From: an uncultured Chloroflexia bacterium
GTDB lineage: Bacteria > Chloroflexota > Limnocylindria > Limnocylindrales > CSP1-4
DNA length: 64,000 nucleotides
Assembly (NCBI GenBank): GCA_963819655.1
Contig: CAWFXA010000002.1
Span: forward strand, 896,001-960,000
Reading direction: 5' to 3'
Program-made: the position numbers and the translations under genes
Part shown: positions 10,083-21,386 of the stretch, one piece after another
Layout of the letters: the number at the start of each line of letters is the position of its first letter
Numbering within the stretch: position 1 is the first letter of the stretch
The notes under the pieces: generated by a model
Seen by the model: only the letters and a program-made list of their open reading frames with translations
The model's database searches: none
What the model was told of the DNA's origin: nothing

Positions 10083-11779
10083 TCGTGGTCGCGCGGGCGT
10101 ACCCGTCGTTCGACGCGCCCGGTCGCGGCAGCTTCGTCCATGACCATGTCATCGCAGTTCAGGCGGCCGGCGCCGATCCGATCGTGGCCTCGTTCGAGAC
10201 GATCCAGGTGCGCGGTGACGACGACGTCCGGAAGGCGCGAGCCGGCCGCGCCGAAGCGGCATGGTCGGGGACGCTCGCGGACCCCGCGGCCTGCAATGCG
10301 GGCCCGCGGCTCGGCGCGCCCGGGGCGGCGGTCGCCCGCCTCCCGGTGATCCGAACGTGGGGAGCCCTCGACGGATCCGAGGTCCCCGAGATGGCGGCCC
10401 GCCACACCGCTCCGCTGCTGTCGTTCGGTCGAGCGCTCGCCACGCGGAGTGCTGCAGCCGGCCGCCCCATCGATGTGATCCACGCCCACAACGGGCTGCC
10501 GGACGGTGTCGCGGCGCTGTCGCTCGCGGCCGAGCTGGGAGTCCCGCTCGTCGTCACCGAGCACGACTCGACCCTGCGCGATCGCCTTCGCCGGCCGGAG
10601 GCGGCTGCCGCCTACGGCAAGCTCCTCCGCCATGCCCGAGTCGTGGCCGTCAGCCAGGCCCAGGCCGATCGGGTGACCGCGGCGCTCTCGGAGCACGGCG
10701 AGCCCGTGCCGGTTCCGTTCGCCATCGTCCCGAACGCCGTGCCCCTGGACCACTTCCCACCCGCGCGACAGCCGACTCGCGACGCCGACCAGCTTCTCTG
10801 GGTCGGCGCTCGTTCCGAGCACAAGGGGATCGACACGCTCCTGCGGGCGATGGCCGTTGCGCATGGCCGGCTGCCGTCCCTGCGCCTGCGGATGATCGGC
10901 AGTGCGACCAACGCCGAGGACGCGCGATGGCAAGCACTCGCCGACGAGCTTGGGATCCGCGACGCCGTCTCATTCGAGCCGGTCGCCCCGCGCAGTGTCG
11001 TCGGCGATGAGATGCAGCAGGCCGGCATCTTCGTCCACCCGAGCCCGTTCGAGACGTTCGGGATGGTCGCCGCCGAGGCGCTCGCGTCCGGCCTGCCGGT
11101 GGCGGCCACGCCGTCGGGTGGGGTCGAGGAGATCGTGGGACGGGACGGGCGCTTCGGGGAGATCGCGACGGACCCCACGCCGAACGCCCTGGCCGACGCG
11201 ATCCTGCGGCTCCACGATCGGCTGGCGGAGATCGATCGGGATGCGATGCGCGCCGGTATCGAGGGCCGCTTCTCGCCGGCGGCGGTCGCGGCGCGGACGC
11301 TGGAGCTCTACGACGAGGTCCGCCGTGCCGCGGGTCGATCGCCGGCCGCGCCGCGCGCCGGACCGCCGCCGGGTCGAATCGCCCCATCGACGAAGCCGAT
11401 CGCGGCCGCGCTGTTCGTCGCCGCTCACGGCGCCGATCGCCTGTCAGCGAGCCACCTCACGAGCGGACGGCTGCCGGTGGCCGTCGTTGCGCCCGACTCG
11501 ACGCTGCGGACGACCCGCAGCAAGCGCTGGGTCCGCCGGCTGACCGGCACCCCGTCGCCGGATGCCCGGACAGGCTTCCGCGAGGCGATCAGGGCGCGCT
11601 GGGACGAGCTGGCCGCAGAACATCCGGACGGGCGAGTCGTGATCGTCCCGGCCGACGTCGGCGATCTCGAGGCGGCACTCGAGGCCCTCGGCGAGACGGC
11701 CAGGACCAACCTGGCGCCCGGGTCGCGACGCTGGCTGGCCGACCGTCAGGACGCGTCCACGGAGCCTGTGCGACGATGA
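10067..11779 (+). CDS. Glycosyltransferase family 4 with a C-terminal extension
   Basis: HAHN, KGID, ETFGMVAAEALASGLPV. Confidence 0.88.
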   Translation: MSLRVLVVARAYPSFDAPGRGSFVHDHVIAVQAAGADPIVASFETIQVRGDDDVRKARAGRAEAAWSGTLADPAACNAGPRLGAPGAAVARLPVIRTWGALDGSEVPEMAARHTAPLLSFGRALATRSAAAGRPIDVIHAHNGLPDGVAALSLAAELGVPLVVTEHDSTLRDRLRRPEAAAAYGKLLRHARVVAVSQAQADRVTAALSEHGEPVPVPFAIVPNAVPLDHFPPARQPTRDADQLLWVGARSEHKGIDTLLRAMAVAHGRLPSLRLRMIGSATNAEDARWQALADELGIRDAVSFEPVAPRSVVGDEMQQAGIFVHPSPFETFGMVAAEALASGLPVAATPSGGVEEIVGRDGRFGEIATDPTPNALADAILRLHDRLAEIDRDAMRAGIEGRFSPAAVAARTLELYDEVRRAAGRSPAAPRAGPPPGRIAPSTKPIAAALFVAAHGADRLSASHLTSGRLPVAVVAPDSTLRTTRSKRWVRRLTGTPSPDARTGFREAIRARWDELAAEHPDGRVVIVPADVGDLEAALEALGETARTNLAPGSRRWLADRQDASTEPVRR

Positions 11780-13134
11780 CGACCATGCCCCCAACTTCGA
11801 CCGAGGCAGAAGCGGTCGCTGACGCAAGGACCGCGACCGATACGCGGATCGCGATCGTCGGCCTCGGCTATGTCGGGCTGCCGCTGGCCCTCGCGTTCAG
11901 CGAAGCGGGCCTCGACGTCGTCGGGCTCGATGCGAGCCCGGCGCGCGTCGAGGAGCTCAGGGCCGGTCGGTCCCCGATCGACGACATCGACGACGAGCGA
12001 CTCGGGCATGGCCTGGAGCGCGGGCTCCGGATCATGTCCACCGAGGACGCCGACGTCGCCGCGGTCGACGCGGTGTTCGTGTGCGTCCCGACCCCGATCA
12101 CGACGACCAAGGATCCGGACCTCGGCCCGGTCCTCGGAGCCGCGGACTTCCTGTGCAGCCGGCTGCGTCCGGGCCAGCTCATCGTCCTCCAGTCGACGAC
12201 GTTCCCCGGGACGACGACCGGCCCGTTCCGCGAGGCCCTCGAGCGCAGCGGTCTCCGCGCCGGCGTCGATTTCGATCTCGCGTTCGCACCGGAACGCGTC
12301 AGTCCCGGTGACCCGGCCAGCGCATCGAAGGACATCCCACGGCTCGTCGGTGCGACGACCCCCGAGGCGACACGCCGAGCCGCCGCGCTCCTCGGCCGGA
12401 TCAACACGCGGGTCGTCGAGCTGTCGTCGCCCGACGCCGCGGAGCTGGCCAAGCTGCTCGAGAACGTGTTCCGCAACGTGAACATCGCATTCGTGAATCA
12501 GCTTGCCCTGCTGTGCGAGCGGATGGGCCTCGACGTGTGGGAGGTCATCGACGCCGCCGCCACGAAGCCGTTCGGGTTCATGCGGTTCACGCCGGGACCC
12601 GGGGTCGGCGGCCATTGCATCCCGGTCGATCCGTACTACCTGGCGTGGCGCGCGCGGGAGTTCGATTTCATCGATCGATTCGTCGAGCTTGCCGGGGACA
12701 TCAACTTTGCGATGCCGCGTCACGTCGTCGACCTCGTGGCCGAGGCTCTCAACGACCGTGGCATGGCGCTCAAGGGCGCGCGCGTGGGCGTCGTCGGCGT
12801 CGCCTTCAAGCCGAACGTCCGCGACGCCCGGAACTCCCCGGCGGCGGGCGTCATCGCGGGACTTCTCGCACGCGGCGCGAGCGTGACGTTCCACGACCCG
12901 CACGTCGACACCTTCCTGGCCGCCGACGGCAGCGAGCATCGGGGAGTGTCACTCGACGAGCTGGTCGACGGCTCGGACGTGCTTGTCGTCGTCACGGCGC
13001 ATCGGTCGGTCGACTGGGCGCGCCTCTTCGACCGAGCCGAGCTGGTCGTCGATACCGTTGACAGCTCCCGCGGCCGGTCAGTTCGGCCGCGCCAGGTCCT
13101 GCGGCTCGGGGCCGGCTGGTCGGCTCGCGCCTGA
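11776..13134 (+). CDS. UDP-N-acetylhexosamine 6-dehydrogenase (second paralogue)
   Basis: GLGYVG, CVPTP, STTFPGTT, KLLEN, GGHCIPVDP, FKPNV.D.RNSP. Confidence 0.92.
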   Translation: MTTMPPTSTEAEAVADARTATDTRIAIVGLGYVGLPLALAFSEAGLDVVGLDASPARVEELRAGRSPIDDIDDERLGHGLERGLRIMSTEDADVAAVDAVFVCVPTPITTTKDPDLGPVLGAADFLCSRLRPGQLIVLQSTTFPGTTTGPFREALERSGLRAGVDFDLAFAPERVSPGDPASASKDIPRLVGATTPEATRRAAALLGRINTRVVELSSPDAAELAKLLENVFRNVNIAFVNQLALLCERMGLDVWEVIDAAATKPFGFMRFTPGPGVGGHCIPVDPYYLAWRAREFDFIDRFVELAGDINFAMPRHVVDLVAEALNDRGMALKGARVGVVGVAFKPNVRDARNSPAAGVIAGLLARGASVTFHDPHVDTFLAADGSEHRGVSLDELVDGSDVLVVVTAHRSVDWARLFDRAELVVDTVDSSRGRSVRPRQVLRLGAGWSARA

Positions 13135-13136
13135 CG

Positions 13137-14438
13137 GTGGCTCGCGGACGGGCGGTCCTCCTCATCGCGAATACCGCCGCTCCCTATTCGCGGGGGCTGC
13201 GCGTCGCCCGTAGCCTCGCCGCGGCGGGCTGGGACGTGGAGATCGCCGCTGTCGCCGGTCCGGACGTGCCCGACGAGGAGCGCGACGGCGACATCCGGAT
13301 CCGGCGCTACAGACCGTCGGGACCGCTCCGTCGGTGGTCCACGCAACCACCCACCCCCAAGCCGCCGACCCAGGTCCTGCGCAGGCTCGTCCGACAGGTG
13401 GACAAGGCTCTCAAGGCGTGGCTGTGGCCGATCCACGTTCGCGCGTGGTGGCGGACCCTTCGCCGGGAGCTGCAACCCGCGGACCTGTATCACGCCTTCG
13501 GCATCCTCACCGTGCCTGTCGCGCTGGGCCTGGCCGCGGACGCCCGCCGCCAAGGGCGACGCGGCATCGTCGTCTATGACGTGATCGACGCGATCCTCGA
13601 TTCGAACAACTACCAGCATGTTCCGGGTCAGCTGCTCGACCGCTACCGGGCAAAGGAAGCGGGCTGGGTGCGGCGGGTCGATGCGGTGGTGACCGTCAAC
13701 GACGCGCTGGCCGACCACTGCCAGGCGATCTGGCCGTTCCGGGAACGTCCCACCGTGCTGTTGAATGCGCAGGAGCGCTGGGATCCGCCGGCGACGCGGC
13801 CCGATCTGATCCGGCGGGCGGCCGACCTGCCCGCCGACCGGTCCATCGTCCTCTTCGTCGGGCGCCTCGGTCGCGAGCGGGGGCTCGAGGAGGCGTCCGA
13901 AGCGGTCCTGAAGCTCGACGATGCGGCGTTCGTGATGCTCGGCTTTCCGGTGTCGAAGGATTGGGCGACGGAACTGGCCGCGCGTTCGGCCGACCCTCGG
14001 TACAAGGGTCGCTACGTGGTCCTACCGCCCGTCCACCCCGACGAGGTTCGACTGTGGGCCGCGTCTGCGGACGTGTCGATCCTCGCGGTCCCAGCGAACT
14101 CACTCAATCAGCGGCTGTCGATGCCGAACAAGTTCTGGGAGAGCCTCGCGGCCGGGACACCGGTCGTCGTCGGCCGCGACCTCGAGGTCATGCGGGCGAT
14201 CGTGGAGGCAGACGACCTGGGCGCGGTCGCCGATCCGGCCGACCCGGACGACCTGGCGCGCGCCCTGCGCGAGGTCCTCGAGCAGCCGGCGGCAGACCGC
14301 GCTGCGATGCGGGCGCGCTGCCTCTCCGTGTCCCGTGACCGCTACGCGTGGGAGACCGTCGTCCTCCCGTACCTGGCCCTCGTCGACCGGCTGGCGCCTC
14401 CGCGGCCGGACGCCGGGTCGACGACCGAACCGGCCTAG
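13137..14438 (+). CDS. Glycosyltransferase family 4
   Basis: FVGRLGRERG, PNKFWESLAAGTPVV. Confidence 0.88.
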   Translation: MARGRAVLLIANTAAPYSRGLRVARSLAAAGWDVEIAAVAGPDVPDEERDGDIRIRRYRPSGPLRRWSTQPPTPKPPTQVLRRLVRQVDKALKAWLWPIHVRAWWRTLRRELQPADLYHAFGILTVPVALGLAADARRQGRRGIVVYDVIDAILDSNNYQHVPGQLLDRYRAKEAGWVRRVDAVVTVNDALADHCQAIWPFRERPTVLLNAQERWDPPATRPDLIRRAADLPADRSIVLFVGRLGRERGLEEASEAVLKLDDAAFVMLGFPVSKDWATELAARSADPRYKGRYVVLPPVHPDEVRLWAASADVSILAVPANSLNQRLSMPNKFWESLAAGTPVVVGRDLEVMRAIVEADDLGAVADPADPDDLARALREVLEQPAADRAAMRARCLSVSRDRYAWETVVLPYLALVDRLAPPRPDAGSTTEPA

Positions 14439-15427
14439 CGGATCCCGGGCGACCGGCCGACAGCCGCGCCGACACGCCGTCGGGCGCGACCAAGCCACCG
14501 TCGGACCGACGGCGGTCGGAGCCGTCTCAGCCGCTTCGGGAGCCGGGCCTCGACGAGCTTCGCCACGGCGTGTCGCTGTGCCCCCCACGCGCGACCCGTC
14601 CGCACCGACCTGACCAGCAGCGCCCGTCCGAGGTCGTGCAGGCCCCCTTGCGTGAACATCGCGCTCATCTCGGCCAGGATCCGCGGCGCGGCAGCCCGGT
14701 CATGGGCCTGCAGGCGCTCGAGGAGGAGGCCCTCCCCCAGGATCCGCTGCCGGACGATGGTCTTCGACTTGTGCATCAGGCTCCGGTCGGCCGACAGGGC
14801 CTTGTCGTGGACCCGGTAATGGAGATGGACGCCCGGGATGTGGGCGGCCGGATGACGAGCCAGCACGCGGAACCACATCTCCGCGTCGACATCGGCCCGC
14901 AGCGCCTCGTCGAACGGCCCGACCTCGTCGAGCACGGCCCGCGGCATCATCACGGTCGAGCCGTTGATCGGGTTCGCCCAGAACACGGTCACGAACAGGT
15001 CCGGGTGACGCCACGGGATGTCGCTCCGGTCGGCCACGAACGCGCCCTGCGCATCGATCTGGTCGAAGCCCATGAACGACAGGCCCAGCTCGGGATCCGC
15101 TGCGAAAGCGGCGACCTGGCGGGCGACCTTGTCCGGGACGAACGCGTCGTCCGAGCTCAGCCAGCAGACGTACTGGCCCCTACTCTCGCGGATGCCGTGG
15201 TTGAGGGCGTTCGCCGCACCGTGGTTGGTCTGGCGGATGGCGCGAACGCGATCGCCGTACGAGGCGAGGATGTCCGGCGTCTCATCGGTCGACCCGTCGT
15301 CGACGACGACGACCTCGATCGCCGAGTACGTCTGCGCCAGGACGCTGTCGATCGAGGCACGCAGGTACGAGGCCTGGTTGTAGGTGGGGATGACGACCGA
15401 CACGAGCGGCGACTGGTCGGGCTGCAC
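14435..15427 (-). CDS. Glycosyltransferase family 2
   Basis: VSVVIPTYN, VDDGSTD, LSSDD; TATCAT 6 nt before GTG. Confidence 0.92.
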   Translation of the reverse strand: MQPDQSPLVSVVIPTYNQASYLRASIDSVLAQTYSAIEVVVVDDGSTDETPDILASYGDRVRAIRQTNHGAANALNHGIRESRGQYVCWLSSDDAFVPDKVARQVAAFAADPELGLSFMGFDQIDAQGAFVADRSDIPWRHPDLFVTVFWANPINGSTVMMPRAVLDEVGPFDEALRADVDAEMWFRVLARHPAAHIPGVHLHYRVHDKALSADRSLMHKSKTIVRQRILGEGLLLERLQAHDRAAAPRILAEMSAMFTQGGLHDLGRALLVRSVRTGRAWGAQRHAVAKLVEARLPKRLRRLRPPSVRRWLGRARRRVGAAVGRSPGIR

Positions 15428-15498
15428 CCGCGCATGATAGGCAGTCGGCGCCCCGGATCCCCTGTCGATGGCGGTCGTCGGGTACGATCGGGCGCGCC

Positions 15499-16353
15499 GT
15501 GTCGACCCTCCCGCCCTCCCCGCCTGCGTACGACCCGCAGGAGTACTGGACGTCGCTCCATCGGGAGGAGAGCCTGCGGGCGGTCGGCCAGTCGGGCCTG
15601 CCGGCCGATCTCAACGTGTGGCTGTATCGCATCGGTCGTCGCAACGTCCGGGCGTTCATGCGCCGCCATGGCCTCGCTGACCTGACTGGCCTGAGCGTGC
15701 TGGACATCGGGTCCGGTACCGGGTTCTGGATCGACGTGTGGCGGTCGATGGGCGCCGCTTCGATCGACGGCGTCGAGCTCGTGCCAGCGGCGGTCGAGCG
15801 CCTGCGGGAGCACTTTCCGGGATCGACCTTCACCGTCGGCGACATCGCCGACCCAGGGGTCCTGCCGGGCGACCAGCGTTTCGACGTCGTGGCCGTCATG
15901 AACGTCCTGCTCCACATCGTCGACGACGACCGGTTCGCGGCAGCCGCGGCCAACGTCGCTGCCACGGTCCGGCCGGGCGGTCGCCTCCTGCTTGCGGAGC
16001 CCGCGCTGGTTCGTGCCGGATCGGTCCGTCCGGCGAAGCCCGGGGCCAGCTCCAAGGCTCGGCCGATCGGCACCTACCGTGCCGCGTTCGAGGCGGGTGG
16101 CCTGCGTCTGGTCGGTGTCGGCCCGAGCACGGTGGTCGGTGCCAATCCGATCGAGACCGGGGATCCGCGCTACCGTTCGTACGCGGGCGCATGGAAGCGC
16201 ATCGGCCGCTGGGCACGACGCTGGCCGCGCCTGGCAGGCATCGTCGGTCTCGGGCTGGCGGTCGTCGATCGCGTGCTCATGGCGACCGGGGCGGCCCCGT
16301 CGGGCAAGCTCATCCTCTTCGAGCGACCGGCATCGCCCGCCGACACGCCATAA
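15499..16353 (+). CDS. Class I SAM-dependent methyltransferase
   Basis: VLDIGSGTG motif I; RPGG. Confidence 0.88.
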   Translation: MSTLPPSPPAYDPQEYWTSLHREESLRAVGQSGLPADLNVWLYRIGRRNVRAFMRRHGLADLTGLSVLDIGSGTGFWIDVWRSMGAASIDGVELVPAAVERLREHFPGSTFTVGDIADPGVLPGDQRFDVVAVMNVLLHIVDDDRFAAAAANVAATVRPGGRLLLAEPALVRAGSVRPAKPGASSKARPIGTYRAAFEAGGLRLVGVGPSTVVGANPIETGDPRYRSYAGAWKRIGRWARRWPRLAGIVGLGLAVVDRVLMATGAAPSGKLILFERPASPADTP

Positions 16354-16380
16354 CCGATCGAGTCACATCCGGAGGAGTCC

Positions 16381-17298
16381 ATGGCCGTTCTCATCACCGG
16401 TGGCCTCGGGGTCATCGGGCGCCGCCTGGCTGAGCACCTGCGCGAGCACGGATACGACGTCAAGGTCACCGACGTAGCGATCCGCAGCGAGCCCGACTAT
16501 CGGCGCGCCGACGTGACCCGCTATGAGGAGCTCACCGAGGTCTTTCGGACCTGGCCGATCGAGCACGTGTTCCATCTCGCCGGCGAGGTGGGGCGAGAGA
16601 ACGGCGAGCAGTTCCCGCGGCGCTGCGTCGACATCAACGTCAGCGGCACGCTCAACCTCGTCCAGCTCTGCCAGGAGTACGGGGCGCGGCTGTATTTCGC
16701 CAGCACCAGCGAGATCTACGGCGATCACGGATCCGACCTGGTGACGGAGGAGCTGGAGACCGGCACGGTCCTCGCGCCGACGAACTGCTACGGATGGTCG
16801 AAGCTCCACGCGGAGCACTACCTCCGGCATTTCAGCGAGAGTCAGGGGCTGAAGGCGGCCGCGATGCGCTTCTTCATGTGCTACGGGCCGGGGGAGCGGC
16901 CGGACCCGTTCCGGAGCGCGATGACCAACTTCATCGACAGGGTCCGCCACGACCGACCGATCACCGTGCACCGCGGCACGTCGCGCAGCTGGTGCTACAT
17001 CGACGACATCGTGGCCGGCTGCCGGCTCCTCATGGAGAACTGGGACGGCGAGCGCTACGAGGGGTTCAACATCGGACGCGCCGACCCGCAACCGACGACC
17101 GAGGTCGCCGCGCTGATCTGCGAGATGCTCGACAAGCCGACCAGCCTGATCGAGCTCGCCGATCCGGGTCCCCTCGTGACCCCCGTCAAGAACGCATCGT
17201 TCGACAAGGCGCAGCGCCTGCTCGGGTACGAGGCGCAGGTCGGGCTGCGCGAGGGCATCGAGCGGACGATCGCCTGGCACGAAGCGACCCAGCCCTGA
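16381..17298 (+). CDS. NAD-dependent epimerase/dehydratase
   Basis: TGGLGVIG, STSEIYG, YGWSK; GGAGGAG RBS. Confidence 0.92.
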   Translation: MAVLITGGLGVIGRRLAEHLREHGYDVKVTDVAIRSEPDYRRADVTRYEELTEVFRTWPIEHVFHLAGEVGRENGEQFPRRCVDINVSGTLNLVQLCQEYGARLYFASTSEIYGDHGSDLVTEELETGTVLAPTNCYGWSKLHAEHYLRHFSESQGLKAAAMRFFMCYGPGERPDPFRSAMTNFIDRVRHDRPITVHRGTSRSWCYIDDIVAGCRLLMENWDGERYEGFNIGRADPQPTTEVAALICEMLDKPTSLIELADPGPLVTPVKNASFDKAQRLLGYEAQVGLREGIERTIAWHEATQP

Positions 17299-17308
17299 CC
17301 CGATCGCC

Positions 17309-18208
17309 GTGACGCGCGTCCTCGTCACCGGGGCCGGCGGGTTCATCGGGCGTCACGTCGTGCGCGGGGCGCCGCCTGCGTGGGATGTCGTCGCGCTGTC
17401 ACGCGGCCCCGCACCGGGGGACGCCCGCGGACGGTGGGTCCGGTGGGTTGCGCCGGACGCCTTGCCGTCCGAGGTGACCGGCACGCACTACGACGCTGTG
17501 ATCCACCTCGCCGGGAACGCCGATCACGGCCTGGCCGTGCGCGAACCGTGGCGGGACCTCGAGGCGACCGGCGTACTCGGCGCGTCGATCCTGGGCCAGG
17601 TCGATGCGGCACGGATCGTCCTGCTGTCGTCCGCCGCGGTTTATGCCGGGCTGGCGGGCCCGGTGGACCCGGCGGTCCGAGTCGACCCGCCGATGCCCTA
17701 CGCCCTGTCGAAGCTGTACGTGGAAGGCTTCGTTCGCGGGCGGGTCGCCGCGGGTCACGCCGGCGGCGCCGCGATCATCCGGCTGTACAACGCGTTCGGC
17801 CCGGGCGAGCGGCCGACCCGCCTGGTGCCGCGCGTCGTCGACGCCATGCGGAGCGGGTCGCCGTTCCGGCTGAGCGGCGCCCCCAATTCGCTCTCTGACC
17901 CCGTCTACATCGACGACGTCGTGTCGGCGCTCGTCGCCGCCGCGACCGGCGTCGCCGATGGCACATGGGACCTGTGCGGCGGCGACCCGCGGCCGCTGCT
18001 CGAGCAGGTCGCCCGCATCGCCCGGTCGCTCGACAGCGAGCCGCCCGCCATCGAGCAGGTGCCGGACACGACGCAGACACCGATCCACTTCCACAGCGAC
18101 CCGCGCCCGCTCGCCGACGCACTCGGGACCAAGGTCCCGCGGCCGTTCGAGACCGGCGTGCGCAGGTACGCCCGCGGGATGGGCTGGACCCGGCCTAGGA
18201 CTGCCTAA
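17309..18208 (+). CDS. NAD-dependent epimerase/dehydratase
   Basis: TGAGGFIG, SSAAVY, YALSK. Confidence 0.9.
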   Translation: MTRVLVTGAGGFIGRHVVRGAPPAWDVVALSRGPAPGDARGRWVRWVAPDALPSEVTGTHYDAVIHLAGNADHGLAVREPWRDLEATGVLGASILGQVDAARIVLLSSAAVYAGLAGPVDPAVRVDPPMPYALSKLYVEGFVRGRVAAGHAGGAAIIRLYNAFGPGERPTRLVPRVVDAMRSGSPFRLSGAPNSLSDPVYIDDVVSALVAAATGVADGTWDLCGGDPRPLLEQVARIARSLDSEPPAIEQVPDTTQTPIHFHSDPRPLADALGTKVPRPFETGVRRYARGMGWTRPRTA

Positions 18209-19096
18209 CCCGGCAGGCCGCTGCGGGCCGCATCCGGTGGCAGCGACCCCTGCCCGGCGTCGGCGATGGCGCGCGCCAGCGCAGCCTCGCGCTCGGCCTT
18301 GGTCCGCTCGGAATGCTCGCGGTGGATCGCCACGACCTCGGCGGGATCGCCTTCGGCCACGATCCGGCCCTCCTCGAGCAGGATCGCGCGGTTGCAGAAC
18401 TCCATGACCCAGTTCATGTCGTGGGTCACGAGCACGACGCCCTTGGCGCCCTTGACCAGGTCGAGCACGCGCTGCTTCGACTTGGTCCGGAACGACTGAT
18501 CGCCGGTCGCGAGCACCTCGTCGAGCAGCAGGATGTCCGGGTCGACCGAGGTGGCGATGGCGAAGCCCAGGCGAGCCCGCATACCGGACGAGTAGGTCTT
18601 GATCGGCGCATCGATGAACGGGCCGATGTCGGCGAACTCGATGATGCCCGGGGTGATCTGGCGCATCGACCGCCGGGTCGAGGCCGAGGAACGCGCCCGG
18701 CCAGGCGGATGTTGTCGAGACCGGATCAGCTCCTGGTCGAAGCCGGCACCGAGCGTCAGCAGGCTGGAGATCCGGCCATCGACCTCCACCACGCCCTCCG
18801 ACGGCGTGATGATCCCGGCCAGGACCTGGAGGAGCGTGCTCTTGCCCGCCCCGTTCGGGCCGATGACCGCCAGCGATTCTCCGTGGACCAACGCGGAAAG
18901 CGACGTCGCGGAGAGCCCAGAACTCGATCGGCCGGCTGGCGCCGGAACAGGTTCACGAACGAGCGATGGAGCGTCGTCTTGCGGGTGAACCGGAGGCTGT
19001 ACTGGACGCCGAGGCCGTGGACCTCGATGGCGACTGGCGCGTCGGTCGGCATCGGTCCGGCACGGCTGCGCTGAGGCGCTCGTCGACATCGACCAT
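18205..19096 (-). CDS. Polysaccharide ABC exporter ATPase (Wzt/TagH-like); multiple frameshifts
   Basis: GPNGAGKS, YSSGM, LLLDE, VTH; N-terminus in other frames. Confidence 0.85.
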
Positions 19097-19968
19097 CAGA
19101 GGACCTTGGCGAATGCCGGCTCGACGCGCTTGAAGAAGAGCGTCGTCAGGCAGAGGAGGACGAGTGACCCGAGCAGGACGGTTCCGAGCGCCGTCCAGTC
19201 CGGGAGCTGTCCGTCGTAGATGACCGCCCGGTACGCCGTGAACAGCGTCGCCCACGGGTTCAGCGTGAGGAGCCGCTGGATGATCGGGTATGACTCGGTC
19301 GCCGGCGATCAGCTGATCGAGTGAGAAGAGCGCCGGCGAGAGGTAGAACCACAGGCGCAGCACGTGGCGCGACAGGTTGCCGACGTCGCGGTAGAACACG
19401 TTGACCGCCGCAAGGAGGATCGTCAGCGCGAGGTTGAACACGAGCTGGACGACCGCCACGACCGGGATGAGGAGCAGCGTCAGCTCGATCCGGTCGCGGA
19501 AGAACAGCAGCATCAGCGCGAACAGCGGGATGAGCCCGAACGCGAAGTTGACGATGCCGGCCATCGACCGCCGCGACCGGCAGGACGAGCTTGGGGAACT
19601 TGATCTGGCGGATCGAGCCGTTCCGCGCCCGAGACCGACGTGATGCCGTCCTGGATCGATCGTCTGGAACCACTTCCACGGCAGGATCGCGGCGAGGATG
19701 AAGAGCGGATAGTCCGGTCCGCCGCGCTGGAAGATGACCGACACGAGGACGACGTAGACGGCCATCTGGAGGAGCGGGTCGAGCACCCACCACAGGTTGC
19801 CGAGGAGCGTGTCGGCGCCCTTCTTGTGCAGGTCCGCCTGGACCAGGTACCGCGATCAGCCGCCGTCGACCGAGGACCTCGACGACGGCCTCGCGCAGCG
19901 ACCCGAGCGGGCCCGGGACGGGCGGCACTGCTCCGAAAATGGGTGGGGACTTCCGCGCTCAGGTCCAT
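19096..19968 (-). CDS. Polysaccharide ABC exporter permease (Wzm/TagG-like); multiple frameshifts
   Basis: LGNLWWVLDPLLQM, FYRDV, WFYLSP, LNP, ends EPAFAKVL*. Confidence 0.82.
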
Positions 19969-20028
19969 CGGCAGCGGAGGGTAACACGGGGTGTCCGCGC
20001 GACCCGGTGCGGTACGCTCCGCCCGCTC

Positions 20029-21268
20029 ATGGAGCGCCCACCGACCGTGCCGACCGCCGCGCCGCGGCGCATCGCGATGCTCACCCACTCCTACTACGAG
20101 GAGGATCCGCGGGTTCGGCGCGAGGCCGAGACGCTCGCCGCGGCGGGTCACCCGTCGAGGTCTTCGCCCTCCGCCGACCGACGGACACCGAGCGCGAGAC
20201 CATCGCCAGCGTCGACGTCCGCCGGCTCGGCGTCCAGCGCCACCAGGGCGCATCGCTCGCGGTCGTACCTGCGCGAGTACCTGTCGTTCTTCGTCCGATC
20301 GGGTGTCGCGCTGACGCGCGCCCATTCTCGGCGGCGATTCGCGCTCGTCCAGGTCCACACGCTGCCGGACTTCCTCGTCTTCGCGACCGTGCCGCTCCGA
20401 CTGACCGGTGTGCCCGTCATCCTCGACCTGCACGAGGCGATGCCGGAGTTCTTCGGGAGCCGCTTTCGCGGCCGTAGCCGGAGGATCGGGCGCTGGCTGC
20501 TGGGGGTGCAGGAGCGGCTCGCGTGCCGCTACGCCAGCGCCGTGGTGACCGTGAACGATGCCCTCGCCGACCGGCTGCTCGAGATGGGCGTGCCGCCTGC
20601 CAAGCTCTCGATCGTCCCGAACGCGCCATCCCTTGCACGGTTCTCCGCGGACCCGTATCCACCGCGTCCGTTCATGGTGGACGGGTCGCTCCGGCTCGTC
20701 TACGCCGGGGCGCTGAGCCCGATCTACGAGCTCGATGTCGTCCTCGACGCAGTGGCCATGCTTCGCGAGCGCGACCCCGCCCTCGACGTGCGCCTCGACC
20801 TCTACGGTCGCGACTTCGAGGAGGTGCCGCTGCGCGACCAGGCCGCCCGACTGGGCATCGCGGACCGCGTCGACATTCCACGGCCGGATCCCGGTCGACG
20901 AGGTGCCCGCCGCGATCGCCGCCGCCGACATCGGTCTGGCCCCGACGCGGCGCTCGACCTTCACGGACTACTCCCTGTCCACCAAGGCCTTCGAGTACGC
21001 CGCGATGGCCCGGCCCGTGGTCGCGTCGCGCCTGCCGATGGTCGAGCGGTCGTTCGGCGACGACGTGGTGACGTACGAGCCCGGTGACGCCGACGACCTC
21101 GCCACGGCCATCCGTCGGGTCGTGGACGTCGCGGCCGACCGGGACGCGCGAGTCGCTCGCGCGCTGGACCGCGTCCGGGGCCGGTCGTGGGAGGTCGAGG
21201 GGGCGCGCTACCTGGCGCTCGTGGACCGGCTGACGGCCGCTCGCGACCCAGTTTCGGACGCCGGCTAG
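20029..21268 (+). CDS. Glycosyltransferase family 4; frameshifts near 20150, 20260 and 20875
   Basis: DPRVRREAE, DLHEAMPE, STKAFEYAAMARPVV. Confidence 0.85.
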
Positions 21269-21386
21269 CGGCGGGCGGTCCCGGTAGGCCGAGCCAGAGC
21301 GGACAGTACGGTACGATACCGGCCGCCCATGACGTTCCCGGCCCTTTATCGGCCGTGCCATCTTTGCCATCAGGATCCACACCCGA

